Assembly: GCF_006345805.1 (NCBI RefSeq)
Contig: NC_043007.1
Span: 18,414,001-18,478,000, forward strand
Direction: 5' to 3'
Source of the DNA: Octopus sinensis
Lineage: Eukaryota
DNA length: 64,000 bases
Shown here: positions 1 to 13,489 of the stretch, piece after piece
How the letters are laid out: the number at the start of each line of letters is the position of its first letter
Numbering within the stretch: the first letter of the stretch is position 1
Translations under genes and position numbers: made by a program
Notes under the pieces: generated by a model
What the model was told of the DNA's origin: nothing
Databases searched by the model: none
What the model saw: only the letters and a program-made list of their open reading frames with translations

Positions 1-49
1 TTGGTTGACTTCCTGGTGACATCATTTATTTATCAACTGTGTTTATGAT

Positions 50-373
50 ACCTGTGCTGGTGGCACGTAAAAAGCACCATCTGAACGTGGATGATGCCAG
101 TGCCGCCTTGACTGGCTTCTGTGCTGGTGGCACATAAAAAGCACCAACCAATCGTGGCCGCTGCCAGCCTCCTCTGGCACCTGTGCCAGTGGCACGTAAA
201 AAGCACCCACTACACTCACGGAGTGGTTGGCATTAGGAAGGGCATCCAGCTGTAGAAACACTGCCGGATCAGACTGGAGCCTGGTGCAGCCTCCTGGCTT
301 CCCAGACCCCGGTCGAACCGTCCAACCTGTGCTAGCTCAGAAAACAGACGTTAAACGATGATGATGATGATGA
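50..373 (+). mobile_element. (GAT)n-tailed SINE family A; other copies 8245-8620, 8885-9240, 14888-15116, 21898-22680, 42865-43265, 45115-45470, 46030-47110, 49600-49800, 54040-54440, 56700-56987, 63640-63790
   Basis: Shared core gagtggttggcgttaggaagggcatccagctgtagaaac...ccatgctagcatggaaagcggacgttaaacgatgatgat; the 14888 copy has a 16-bp TSD atatttaggttaaaaa. Confidence 0.85.
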
Positions 374-675
374 TGTGTTTGACCAGCAGTGAGTCAGTGA
401 TCAGATGGCTTGATTGTCTTACATGTGTCATTTGTTTGTCAAATCTCTTGGTACCTTGTTTTTGTCTGACAGCTATCCAGTGTTCCAGTTGGTTGATTCC
501 CTGATGATGTCACTTGCCTTAAGTCAGCTGAATATTTATTTCTTTTTTCCTGAGGATCTGGTTTTGACCAGCGATAAATATCTAACTGGTTAAGTCATGG
601 GTGACCACCAAATAGTGTTGAGAAAGAGCAATGTGTAATTGTACAACAATTTGAAGATAGGATTTCAACTTCCAA

Positions 676-1046
676 TTTATTACCTCTGCCTTAGCGAAAG
701 TGGAAGTATTGTTTTTCAGCAGTGTTTGTTTGTTTTTTTGTTCATGGACTAGCTATCTTAAGGACCACTGGATGGATTCAGATGAAACTTTCAGGGATGT
801 TTGGCCTCATGACTGGCACAAACTGATAAGATTTTGAGATTGATCTGGTACCGGGCAAGAATTCTGTATTATTTTTCCGGTTTCTTTACTTAATTTTTGA
901 GAGTGGTCGGGTTCATTTTTACAATTTTCATTTCTGAGAGCAGTCGAGTTTATTTCAGATATTCTCATTTCAAAAATCATCTCTGGCTAATCATTGAGAG
1001 GAAGTTGGCGTTGCCTTGGCAGAGGTCTGTGCTCTGAGTACTCTTG
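676..1046 (+). mobile_element. Helentron-associated non-autonomous element (second copy 14008-14381)
   Basis: Sub-terminal inverted repeat TACCTCTGCC...GGCAGAGGT, 3' short hairpin, T-rich flanks; two about 85% identical copies. Confidence 0.65.
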
Positions 1047-1640
1047 TTTTTGTTTTCAGTTGTTTTTTGGTGAATAAACTGAATTTTCTCATTCTAGCAT
1101 GTTGTTATATTTAGTTATCATTTCCTTATTTATATTTTAGATTTCTTAATAAACATATTTTTCTTATTTTCCTGTTTTAATCTAATTTGGCAGAATTATT
1201 TCTAATGCATTGATATAGAGGGGAAATGTGGTATTTTGGATGTTTGTTCATAGGACACAGAGTTAGATGTTTACTCACAGGAATTTTCCTAGTTGTGGGG
1301 TCTTAGATTTGTTACCTGTGTTACCTGTGTACCATCATTCTGTACCTCAGAGTCAAACTCATTTGTCCTATATAATCTCCACCACACCTGCTGTATTTGA
1401 TAACATAAATTAAATTCCTCGATGCACAAGTGAAATGACTGTTTATGATGAAAATTTGCCCTGACTCAAATTCTTATGTTGAACTTTCGATGAGGTTGAT
1501 GCTGGTTCTGCAATAGGATGGTTACATTTTCTGACTGATGGGGTTATGTTTTTGGTGGGTAATTTGGCGCACGTAAGTAGCCATTTTAGAGATTTTACTT
1601 TTACTTTTAATAATTTTAAAGTGTTTTTTGTCATTCATAG

Positions 1641-1719
1641 ATCAATCATTAAAAGGGACATATTCTGATGGATAATCTTATACGTTTTCATGTTTCTTGG
1701 ATTCTGTGGATTACATAAG
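1641..1719 (+). other. Putative 5'-UTR exon of the + strand receptor gene (distal start)
   Basis: Upstream cac|GTAAGT donor (1573) and 68-nt T-rich intron ending tcattcatAG (1640); exon ends aag|GTAAAG (1720). No usable long ORF, so treated as UTR. Confidence 0.45.
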
Positions 1720-2820
1720 GTAAAGTGTTAAGTGTATCAAGGGTTTTCTTGTTTTGCTTAATTATTGGATATGACGATCATTTTTGAAAGTTTTATTTTG
1801 TTATTGATTAAATTGATTGGGTATTGTCTTTTGAGTAATATGCAGGGTGTCCCAAAAGCCACTGATGGGTTTCAGTTTTTAATAACTTCCTTAACTTTAC
1901 AAATAAATATGTGAATCCATTCAAATTAGACCTCACACATGGTTCCAGCAAGATGGGGCAACTGCACAAGAGAAACGATGCAACTGCAGCGAGCTGGCAG
2001 AAACGTTAGCGCGCCAGGCAAAATGCTTAGCGGTATTTCGTCTGCTGTGAAGGCGGTGAGCTGGCAGAAACATTAGCATGCCAGGCAAAATGCATAGCCA
2101 TATTTCGTCTGCCACTACGTTCTGAGTTCAAATTCCGCCGAGGTCGACTTTGCCTTTCATCCTTTCGGGGTCGATTAAGTAAGTACCAGTTACGCACTGG
2201 GGTCGATATAATCGACTTAATCCGTTTGTCTGTCCTTGTTTGTCCCCTCTATGTTTAGCCCCTTGTGGGTAGTAAAGAAATAGGTATTTCGTCGGCTGTT
2301 ATGTTTCTGAGTTCAAATTCTGCTGAGATCGATTTTGCTTTTCATCCTTTTGGGGTCGATAAATTAAGTACCAGTTATGCACTGGGGTCAATGTAATCGA
2401 CTTAATCCCTTTCTCTGTCCTTGTTTGTCCCGTTTGTGTTTAGCCCCTTGTGGGCAATAAAGAGATAAGAAACCATGCAGTTGCTGAGGTAGTGCAATGA
2501 TCAGTCAGCTCTAAAAGCCCTGTTTTTTAGGGCTGTGTAGGGCTTCAGTTTTTAATGTATTTATTCCATATTTAAGATGTAAGATAAGATTTGAAGGATA
2601 TATGACTGTTATTTCTAGTACTTTCAAACACCACATTAACTTCGTTCAAACCTGAGGATTTCTTTAGAAGTTTCATATTTGGGATATTAGATTGATTAAA
2701 AAAGAAAGGAGATGTCTGTCTGAGAGTTTGTGTCATTCATCCTGATTTTAGTTTTGTGTTTCAAGAATTTTACTCAAGCAAGCAGAGCAGAATATTTGGC
2801 ATCCAAAAAAAAAAAAAAAA

Positions 2821-3214
2821 TCTCTCTCTATATAAAGCTGAAGTTGTCTGTGTATGGCAGGTTTGGTAACCTTCAACTAACACTATCTCCTACGAGACCC
2901 TGCGATACAAGTTGACCAAAATTGAGAGTATGATAGAAGAAGGCTTGCTCTTCCTTACGTAGAAGAAAAAATTCGAATCGGACCATGTTAACACCAAAAA
3001 TTATTTACATCAAAAAGGTGCTTTTTTTTCTATGAAAATCCCTATTTTTTACGATTTTTTTGACTGCTGTGTTGCTATTTTTCGGGATATTTCAACCAGA
3101 AAAATGTTCACTTAAAGAGAATAACAAGCTACATAATGCAACATTTTTACTTTTCAAAAATTCCAATTCTAAAGGGTCGAAACAAACCCGAGCAACGCCG
3201 GGCGATACTGCTAG
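2821..3214 (+). mobile_element. Non-autonomous Helitron family 1 (further copies 37705-38095, 48887-49277)
   Basis: 5' TC, 3' hairpin cccgagcaacgccggg then CTAG, inserted between A and T; three near-identical 390-bp copies. Confidence 0.8.
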
Positions 3215-3460
3215 TGAAAGATAAAAGATGAAAGAAATAAAAAAAAAAAATTGATTTAAAAATTTTCTGAGTAAAGAAAGGCATGATAGACTGTTAAGAA
3301 AAACATGAGAGAAAAGTAAATAGATTGTAGAAATTTATTTCTTCCTGATCTGAATGTAAATATGTCAGGAAAATTTAGGCCAATCGTAGTGGTTGAAAGG
3401 ATTTTTAGGTGTTATTAAATATCTAATTCCTAACACAGCATTTCGGCTTTAACTCACATC

Positions 3461-3562
3461 ATGGTATGTTCAATCAGTCACTCGAGTCTGCTGCTTCTTC
3501 TCATTCCACTTGCTTCATCTTGCAGATCCTTACAGATTTCGCCTCCCAGCTGTACCAATAAG
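3461..3562 (+). CDS. Signal-peptide exon (MVCSISHSSLLLLLIPLASSCRSLQISPPSCTNK), phase-0 donor; candidate first coding exon of the type I receptor
   Basis: Acceptor ctaacacAG at 3438, ATG at 3461, hydrophobic LLLLLIPLA core followed by small residues, 34 open codons ending aag|GTAACA. Phase 0 fits exon 50129 (giving C-TNKDDYN-C-T) and also exon 16462. Confidence 0.6.
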
Positions 3563-3859
3563 GTAACACCTTTAATCTACGCAAAAACTAAAAGCTGTTA
3601 TTTTTCTCTTTAATACATACGCACGTGCACACAGACACACACATACACACATATACATATACATATATAAATGAGTGAGTGAGTGAGTGTGTGTATGTGT
3701 GTGTGTGTGTACACAACTGGGGTCCATTCGTTTGGCTAAACCAGTTAAGGTGGTGTCCCAGCATGGCTGCAGTCCAAAGAATGAAACAATTAAAAGAAAT
3801 ATACATACATATATATATATATGTGTGTGTATATGTATATTTTATATATGCATCTATAT

Positions 3860-4520
<661 letters not shown>

Positions 4521-4904
4521 TCTGCATGTATTAAAGGTTTAAATGAAATTTCAAATACAAGCAAAAATATAATTACAAAAAAAAAAAAAGAAAAGAGACA
4601 ATGAAAAACAAAAAAAAAGCCGGCACTGTTAGGGTATATTTTGATTGTTTTTTATCTATCTCTCTGAGGGGGTAATGAAATCAATATTTCATCAATTAAT
4701 TATGAAATGATATTGTGTATCAATTTATTCAATCACGATAGTAATACGTATTGATAAAATTCATCAATACAGTAACACATGTATGCTATGCATGCACACT
4801 AATGCAAACACACACCCATACACATTATAAATACATATCAACAAACATACATGCATATATGTCTGTGTATATGTATGTCTGTGTATAGTTCTATATTTGA
4901 GAGA

Positions 4905-5121
4905 TGAGGAATTAAGTACATTACTTACATTTGATGGATATTTGCCCTCATCTTGTTTGTTGTTAACATAATGTTTCAGCTGATGTATTCTCCAGCCTTC
5001 ATCAGGTGTCCTTGGGGAATTATGAACCTGGGTTCCATTCCTAAGATATTTTTCCGATGTTATTATTATTATCATCATCATCATCCTTCCTCTTCTTCTT
5101 CTTCTTCTTCTTCTTCTTCTT

Positions 5122-5217
<96 letters not shown>

Positions 5218-6615
5218 TAGTTTTATTTTTATAGCATGCTTTCACTTCACTACCAAGCGCAGCTCTGTGTGCCTTGGGTATGTGCTGTGATTTGTTGTGA
5301 TGCTCTGATGGTTATTGTATGGAAAGTGTTCTGCGTAGGATGTGTGCAGTGCCTAGTAGTGCAATTTTCTGTATGTTATATGTGTTTGTAAGTCCTGGTG
5401 TTTTTGTTATGTATTTGTCTGAATATTATTTTATCATGCCTAATGCACCTACTATGATAGGAATTGTTTCTGTTTTTAGATTCCACATTCTGGTTACCTC
5501 TATTTCCAGGTCTTTGTATTTTGAAAGTTTCTCCATTTCTTTTAGAGACACGTTGTCATCTGCCGGTATTGATACATCAATTAGAAAGCATTTTTTTCTT
5601 CATGATCTCTGACAACTATATCTGGTCTGTTGGCCTTAATTATTATTATTATTAATCGAACTTGGAATCTTGGGGTTAGTAGCCTGCGCTCTTAACCACT
5701 ACACCATATGCCTGTGGGTAATTATGGAGTGAATTTTAGGGATCATAGATCTAATATTCTCCTATCCTTCTTTAATACCGGTTCCAATATGCTACTCATA
5801 TCTGCATTATGTCTGCTTACGAGGTTATTATGTCCTAGCATATGTGCTGCCTCTTATAGTTTTCGTATTTACCAGTGGTGTTCTCTGTCTATTATTTTAA
5901 CTTCATCCCACAGGGGGAGGTGGTCTCCGTTTTTTCATACATGATCAGCTATGCCTGATTTATCAATATCTCCCCATGCCACAGCTTCTTCTACCCTTAT
6001 TTTGAGGGGGCAGCATATTTTGCCTTTGTATAACCTACCACAGCTGCATGGGGTGGAGTACACGCAGTCTTTGGTCATATTCTATTCTATTGGTGGTTTT
6101 ACTCGAAGGAGATATTTACAAAGTGTTGTATTACTCTTGAATACTGTCCTGATATCATATGGGCCGCATATCTTTTGTATATTTTCGGAGATGCCTTTCA
6201 CATAGGATAGACAGACTGTGGTCAGTTTATGGGTTTCAGCCTCTCTTCTGTTCATATTTGGACAGGATAGTATGTTTTGGGGGTAGTTGTTGCTTAATAG
6301 ATTGTTACTTAGCTTGATCATATTGAGCAAAGAATATAAGTAGTGATCCTGATACACACCACAAAGAAATGATCAAACTATGTAACAATCTATTAAGCAA
6401 CAATTACCCCCAAAACATACTATCCACTCCAATTATGAAGAGAAAAGAGGATGAAACCCATAAACTTACTGTAGTCTGTCTACCCTATGTGAAATGCCTC
6501 TCCGAAAAGATACAAAAGGTTTGAAGTTCCACCAGGTGATGAAGGCTGGAGAGTACATCAGCCTAAATGTTGTGTTAACAACTAACAAGATGAGGACAAA
6601 TATCCATCTAATGTA
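4905..6615 (-). mobile_element. Penelope-like element remnant: RT-EN linker and GIY-YIG C-terminus (6357-5743), tRNA-like segment (5712-5655), (AAT)n, hammerhead tail (5075-4905); inverted partial copy at 6370-6615
   Basis: Minus translation LSYVKGISENIQKICGPYDIRTVFKSNTTLCKYLLRVKPP...CVYSTPCSCGRLYKG...SGIADHV...EHHW-IRKL-EAAHM with stops; 6370-6520 is the reverse complement of about 6185-6320, an inversion typical of PLEs. Confidence 0.75.
5213..5636 (-). mobile_element. 5'-truncated Dong/R4-clade non-LTR retrotransposon (restriction-like endonuclease domain plus 3' UTR) inserted in a (TAA)n array
   Basis: Minus translation RPDIVVRDHEEKKCFLIDVSIPADDN...EKLSKYKDLEIEVTRMWNLKTETIPIIVGALG...IQKIALLGTAHILRR (one frameshift, one stop); TAA repeats on both sides. 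Confidence 0.8.
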
Positions 6616-6908
6616 AATAATGTACGTACCTGTATACACACACACACATAACATAGTTGAGGTGTATTCCATTAAGAACGTATTAGAGTACAAAATAGAA
6701 CTCATTCACCCTTAGAATTATCAGATAGCCAGCAGTATTATGGTATACTACCAATTCTAGGCTTAGGCATTCCTCATGTGTGAAAAATAAAATGTAGTGG
6801 TCATTAGCTGTTGAACTGTATACCCTCTTACTTTTGAGTCTATTTGTTCTTTCCTTTATACATACATACACACACACACACACACATACGCACGCACACA
6901 CACGCACA

Positions 6909-7003
<95 letters not shown>

Positions 7004-7249
7004 ATAAATAAAAATAAATGCGCCCTTTTAAACCCATGCCAGTTTCCTGGTTTCTATGGCGTACGTGTTCTCCAGCTGGACGGGACACCAGTCCATCGCA
7101 GTATTACTCATTTTTGCCAGCTGAGTGGACTGGAGGAAAGTGAAATGAAGTGTTTTGCTCAAGAACACAACGCGTTGCCTGGTCCAGGAATTGAAACCAC
7201 AAGCTTACGATTATGGTGCTGACACCCTAACCACTAAGCCACACGCTTC

Positions 7250-7285
<36 letters not shown>

Positions 7286-7287
7286 CA

Positions 7288-7334
<47 letters not shown>

Positions 7335-7505
7335 TATACACATGTATAGGTTAGTAGAGTTAGAGCTTGGAATAACTGTTTAAGTAGTATGCATTATGCT
7401 ACCGGTATAATTACCTATGTTAACCCTGGACATACATATGCAAGCATATTATGCTCATAGATTACAGGTAATGACAGAGATAAACACGAGTTTATCAGGA
7501 ATCAA

Positions 7506-7642
7506 ATTTTAAGTAAACAGAAAATGGAGAAATATTGATCAGCAACAATTATCAATTATTTTTTTTTAATTCAATGCAAATAGACTGCATCCCAAGAAAA
7601 TTATTGTTGATCAATATTTCTCCATTTTCTGTTTACTTTAAA
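7506..7642. repeat. Short inverted repeat (31-bp perfect core)
   Basis: aagtaaacagaaaatggagaaatattgatca and its reverse complement about 70 nt later. Confidence 0.7.
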
Positions 7643-7875
7643 TTATATATATATATATATATGTTATATGTTACATGTTATATGTATGTATATTATTGTT
7701 ATTATCAGTTTAGTAAATAAATAATTAAGTTAACATAATATAATGTCTAAATGTTGATAAACCACCTATTGATCCCCTCAATTTTCTTATTGCTATATAA
7801 ATTAATGGTAAAATATGTCTTTACCTTCACCCATTTAGTACACTAGGTAATGTAATTTCAATGCTATCAAAAAAA

Positions 7876-8070
7876 TCAGCAAATTGGGGTCAATGTGTTC
7901 CTCACAAATTTTCCGAGTCTAATCATGCGCAGAGAGTGAATGTGTGCTCTTCTTTGCTGTCACATCTCATGAATGAACCTTTTTTGGACTGAATAGTAAC
8001 TGATGATGAGAAATGGGTTCTCTATAAAAATGTCAAGCTCCAAAGACAGTGGGTATGGAAAGGAGAAACA
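7876..8070 (+). mobile_element. Mariner transposase fragment
   Basis: GQCVPHKFSE...VNVCSSLL...PFLD-IVTDDEKWVLYKNVK (WVPH and TGDEKW motifs). Confidence 0.8.
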
Positions 8071-8196
8071 GCCGACGAGAATGTATCGAAGCTCTTTGCT
8101 CTAACATTCGATACTCTGAGTACTATAATGACAAATGTTTACTGTTTGCTCTATTTTATAACATATAAAATAATCCTCATTCTTTTCTTGATATAC

Positions 8197-8240
<44 letters not shown>

Positions 8241-9879
8241 TATGTATCATCATCATCATCGTTTAGCATCTGTTTTCCATGCTAGCATGGGTTGGATGGT
8301 TCGACTGAGGTCTGGGAAGCCAGGAGGCTGCACCAGGCTCCAGTCTGATCTGGCAGTGTTTCTACAGCTGGATGCCCTTCCTAATGCCAACCACTCAGTG
8401 AGTGTAGTGGGTGCTTTTTACGTGCCACTGGCACAAGTGCTAGGCGAGGCTGGCAATGGCCACAATCGGTTGGTGCTTTTTACGTGCCACCAGCACAGAA
8501 GCCAGTCAAGGCGGTGCTGGCATCAGCCACGTTCAGATGGTGCTTTTTACATGCCACCGGAACAGGTATTACAACTACAATTTCCATTTGATTTTTTGAT
8601 GTTGATATACTTGACTCAATAGGTCTCCTCAAGCATAAGGGGTCTCCTAAAAATACAGTGTACATTTAAACACATAGGAGATGGCTATAACAGTACATCT
8701 GACCTGCTGGAAGGAGTATAAATATATATATATATATCTATATTTTTGTTTTTGCATATATATATATATATGTATATATATGGGTACAGGACGTCACAAA
8801 CTGCTTCTTGTGGTGGAAGATTGGCGAAAACTGGGATTGTTCCACAGAGAACATTGCTAGTTATTTTTGGGTACCCCCTCATATTTCATCATCATCATCA
8901 TCATCATCATTGTTTAACGTCCGTTTTCCGCGCTAGCACGGGTTGGACGGTTCGACCGGGGTCTGGGAAGCCAGGGGCTACTCCAGGCTCCAGTCTGATC
9001 AGGCAGAGTTTCTACGGCTTGATGCCCTTCCTAACGCCAACCACTCCGCGAGTGTAGTGGGTGCTTTTTACATGCCACCTGCACAGGTGCCAGGGGGGGG
9101 GGTCCGGCATCGGTCATGATCAGTTGGAGCTTTTAACGTGCCAGTGGCACAGGAGCCAGCCAAGGCAGCGCTGGCAACGTTCAGATGGTCTTTTTATGTG
9201 CCACCGGCACAGGAGCCAGTCGGGGCCGCGCTGGCATCATGAATATGTAATTAAATCCAGTCAGTCAAAATCAAATTATCTGGGTTGGTTACAGCTGAAT
9301 AAATTTATTTATATTCATAATTATAGCCGTGAATAAGATTACACCTGCTCCACACCTCTGCATGTGTGTGTGTGTGTGCATGTATGTGTGTGAGCGTACT
9401 CATGTGTGTGTATGTATTTGTGTGTACACACACGAATGCACACACGCATGCACACACACACACACACACACACAACTACACACACATTTATGTATATGTA
9501 TATTTGTATATACGCAAAGGTATGTGACTTAGTAATTAAGTCACATGCGGTGGTGCGTTGAGTCCTTAACGAAGATATGATTTATTTTGCATTGCTCTGG
9601 TCTACTTAGCTGGCAAAAATGCATTGTACTTCTAATTCAAAATATCAACCTCATCACATTCTGTGTCACACTGAATCTCCCTGAGAACTTACATTAAGGG
9701 TATACGTGTCTGTGGAATACTCAGCCACTTGTATGTTAACTTCATGAGCAGGCTGTCCTGTTGATTAGATCAACTGGAACCCTCGTTATCATAACCGATA
9801 GAATGCCAGTTATGTGTCCACATATGTTAAAATGTTTAACAACAACAACAACAAAAGTACTACATATTGTTGTAGATAA

Positions 9880-10135
9880 TAATAATAAATGCGCCCTTTT
9901 AAAGCCTAGCCAGGCTCATGGGCCTGGTTTCCCGGTTTCAATGGCGTATGCGTTCCCCAGCTGGACGGGACGCCAGTCCATCGCAGTGTTACTCATTTTT
10001 GCCAGCTGAGTGGACTGGAGCAGCGTGAAATGAAGTGTTTTGCTCAAGAACACAACACATCACCCGGTCCAGGAATCGAAACCACAATCTTACGATAATG
10101 ATGCTGACACCCTAACGACTGAGCCACGCGCCTCC
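9880..10135 (-). mobile_element. tRNA-derived SINE family E; other copies 7010-7250, 61180-61280 partial
   Basis: Minus strand gcgtggctcagtcgttagggtgtcagc...gtttcgattcctggaccggg head; tail ...ctaggcttttaaaagggcgcattt. Confidence 0.75.
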
Positions 10136-10209
10136 ACTCATATTGTTGTAGTAGATATTAATTTCATAGTATCAAAAGCTTCATCATTGAGTAAATGAAT
10201 ACATTTGTA

Positions 10210-10257
<48 letters not shown>

Positions 10258-10532
10258 CATTAGTACTTTTTAAATGTGCATCTTTGTAGATGCACATAAC
10301 CAAGAGTGTACATATTTTCATATAAAGAACCTCAGATGGAGAATCTTGAGAATCTTTTACAAAGATGCAGGAGTGGCTGTGTGGTAAGTAGCTTGCTTAC
10401 CAACCACTTGATCCCAGGTTCAGTCCCACTGCGTGGCACCTTGGGCAAGTGTCTTCAACTATAGCCTCGGGCTGACCAAATCCTCGTGAGTGGATTTGGT
10501 AAATGGAAACTGAAAGAAGCCCGTCGTGTATG

Positions 10533-10585
<53 letters not shown>

Positions 10586-10618
<33 letters not shown>

Positions 10619-11862
10619 TATGTGTGTGTGTGTGTTTGTCCCCCCAACATCGCCTGACAACCGATGCTGGTGTGTTTACGTCCCCGTAACTTAGTGGTTC
10701 GGCAAAAGAGACTGATAGAATAAGTACTAGGCTTACAAAGAATAAGTCCTGGGGTCAATTTGCTCGACTAAAGGTGGTGCTCCAGCATGGCCACAGTCAA
10801 ATGACTGAAACAAGTAAAAGAGTAAAGTTTCATGTGCTGTTAATAGATTGGATTTGAAGGCTATGCGTCAGTATGTAAGTATGTATGTCTGTATGTATGC
10901 ATTCATGTATGTATGTATGTATGTATGTATATATGCATGCATGTGTGTGTGTATGTATGTATGTATGTATGTATGCATTCATGTATGCATGTACGTACGT
11001 ATGTATTTATGTATGTATGCATGCATGTATGTATGTCTGTATGTATGTATGTCTGTATGTATGCATTTGTGTATGTATGTATGTATGTATGTATGTATGT
11101 ATGTATGTATGTCAGGTCACTCTTGAGGTCTCTCATGGGTGCCACTGGTAGCATGGAATCTACCATACCCTGTTGTATGGTCAGGTTGTTGGTGACTAAA
11201 CTGGCACTCCCACTCAGTTTGTCTGGTGAAGAGGATTGTTAGTAACCCAGCAGGACTAAAATCAAGACCTGTCAAAAGGACTGAAGCTCTTTGTTTAAGT
11301 TCAGAGACAATCTAGCAATAACATAGGCCTTCAGAAATTCTGGGTTGGGCTCTGGCATGCTGGAAGGCCACTGGGAGTTAGGCACTCCCCAGCTTTTGTT
11401 AAAGCTTGTTTCTAGGTGAAGGTCAACCGGATATAAACTGGATGTGTAGGGAATGAAAACTGAATATTTTGGGGATCTTTTGCTTGCACTTTAGATCACG
11501 GTGCTCCCATATTCCTGAGCCTGCATCCTATATTGACACTGGATCATGTCAGTAGGGTGAAGAGGGGCTTGTGAGCTCTTGTGCAAGCTTTGTTGGACCT
11601 AATATATTAGGTTGTGTGTTTGCCAACAAAGCAATTTTCTGGTGCCTTGTTGAGTGGTGGGGTGTCCCAATGAGCCCTAAAGCTGTGGGCACAAGCCTGG
11701 GTGAAGCCAACTACAGGTGCAATAACCCTATGTACAAGTATTGTTGATTTGTTGATATTTTGCATGGACAACGGTCAGTGATGGACTTCCTTAGTCATGA
11801 GGAGACAGCCATCATGTATGCATGTATGCATATGTATATGTGTATGTGTGTGTGTATATATA

Positions 11863-11937
<75 letters not shown>

Positions 11938-13153
11938 TATGTGTGTGTGTGTGTTTGTCCCCCCAACATCGCCTGACAACCGATGCTGGTGTGTTTACGT
12001 CCCCGTAACTTAGTGGTTCGGCAAAAGAGACTGATAGAATAAGTACTAGGCTTACAAAGAATAAGTCCTGGGGTCAATTTGCTCGACTAAAGGTGGTGCT
12101 CCAGCATGGCCACAGTCAAATGACTGAAACAAGTAAAAGAGTAAAGTTTCATGTGCTGTTAATAGATTGGATTTGAAGGCTATGCGTCAGTATGTAAGTA
12201 TGTATGTCTGTATGTATGCATTCATGTATGTATGTATGTATGTATGTATATATGCATGCATGTGTGTGTGTATGTATGTATGTATGTATGTATGCATTCA
12301 TGTATGCATGTACGTACGTATGTATTTATGTATGTATGCATGCATGTATGTATGTCTGTATGTATGTATGTCTGTATGTATGCATTTGTGTATGTATGTA
12401 TGTATGTATGTATGTATGTATGTCAGGTCACTCTTGAGGTCTCTCATGGGTGCCACTGGTAGCATGGAATCTACCATACCCTGTTGTATGGTCAGGTTGT
12501 TGGTGACTAAACTGGCACTCCCACTCAGTTTGTCTGGTGAAGAGGATTGTTAGTAACCCAGCAGGACTAAAATCAAGACCTGTCAAAAGGACTGAAGCTC
12601 TTTGTTTAAGTTCAGAGACAATCTAGCAATAACATAGGCCTTCAGAAATTCTGGGTTGGGCTCTGGCATGCTGGAAGGCCACTGGGAGTTAGGCACTCCC
12701 CAGCTTTTGTTAAAGCTTGTTTCTAGGTGAAGGTCAACCGGATATAAACTGGATGTGTAGGGAATGAAAACTGAATATTTTGGGGATCTTTTGCTTGCAC
12801 TTTAGATCACGGTGCCCCATATTCCTGAGCCTTCATCCTATATTGACACTGGATCATGTCAGTAGGGTGAAGAGGGGCTGTGAGCTCTTGTGCAAGCTTT
12901 GTTGGACCTAATATATTAGGTTGTGTGTTTGCCAACAAAGCAATTTTCTGGTGCCTTGTTGAGTGGTGGGGTGTCCCAATGAGCCCTAAAGCTGTGGGCA
13001 CAAGCCTGGGTGAAGCCAACTACAGGTGCAATAACCCTATGTACAAGTATTGTTGATTTGTTGATATTTTGCATGGACAACGGTCAGTGATGGACTTCCT
13101 TAGTCATGAGGAGACAGCCATCATGTATGCATGTATGCATATGTATATGTGTA

Positions 13154-13190
<37 letters not shown>
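10586..13190. repeat. Tandem duplication, unit about 1319 bp
   Basis: 10848 versus 12167 offset; only a few differences, mostly single-base indels; boundaries lie in TA/GA arrays. Confidence 0.9.
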
Positions 13191-13193
<3 letters not shown>

Positions 13194-13489
13194 TGGAAAC
13201 TGAAAGAAGTCCGTCGTGTATGTATATATATGTCTATGTGTGTATATATTTGTGTGTCTGCGTTTGTCCCCCAACAACGCCTTACAACCGATGCTGGTGT
13301 GTTTAGGTCCCCGTCACTTAGCGGTTCGGCAAAAGAGACTGATAGAATAAGTACTAGGCTTACAAAGAATAAGTCCTGGGGTTGATTTGCTTGACTAAAG
13401 GTGGTGCTCCAGCATGGCCACAGTCAAATGACTGAAACAAATAAAAGAGCAAAAGAGTAAAAGAGTATAGAGAATGCTTCATGTTGTTT

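Noticed and set aside
1668-1719. Signal-like peptide WIILYVFMFLGFCGLHK ending in phase 0
   Set aside because: It needs a 1-bp correction to link to ATG 1668 or is only 10 aa from ATG 1690; the 3461 exon needs no correction. Worth rechecking only if raw reads show an indel.
3464-3525. Apparent 62-nt intron (GTATGT...tgcAG) splitting the 3439-3562 exon
   Set aside because: The unspliced reading gives a clean signal peptide in one frame, and the pyrimidine tract is explained by Leu/Ser codons.
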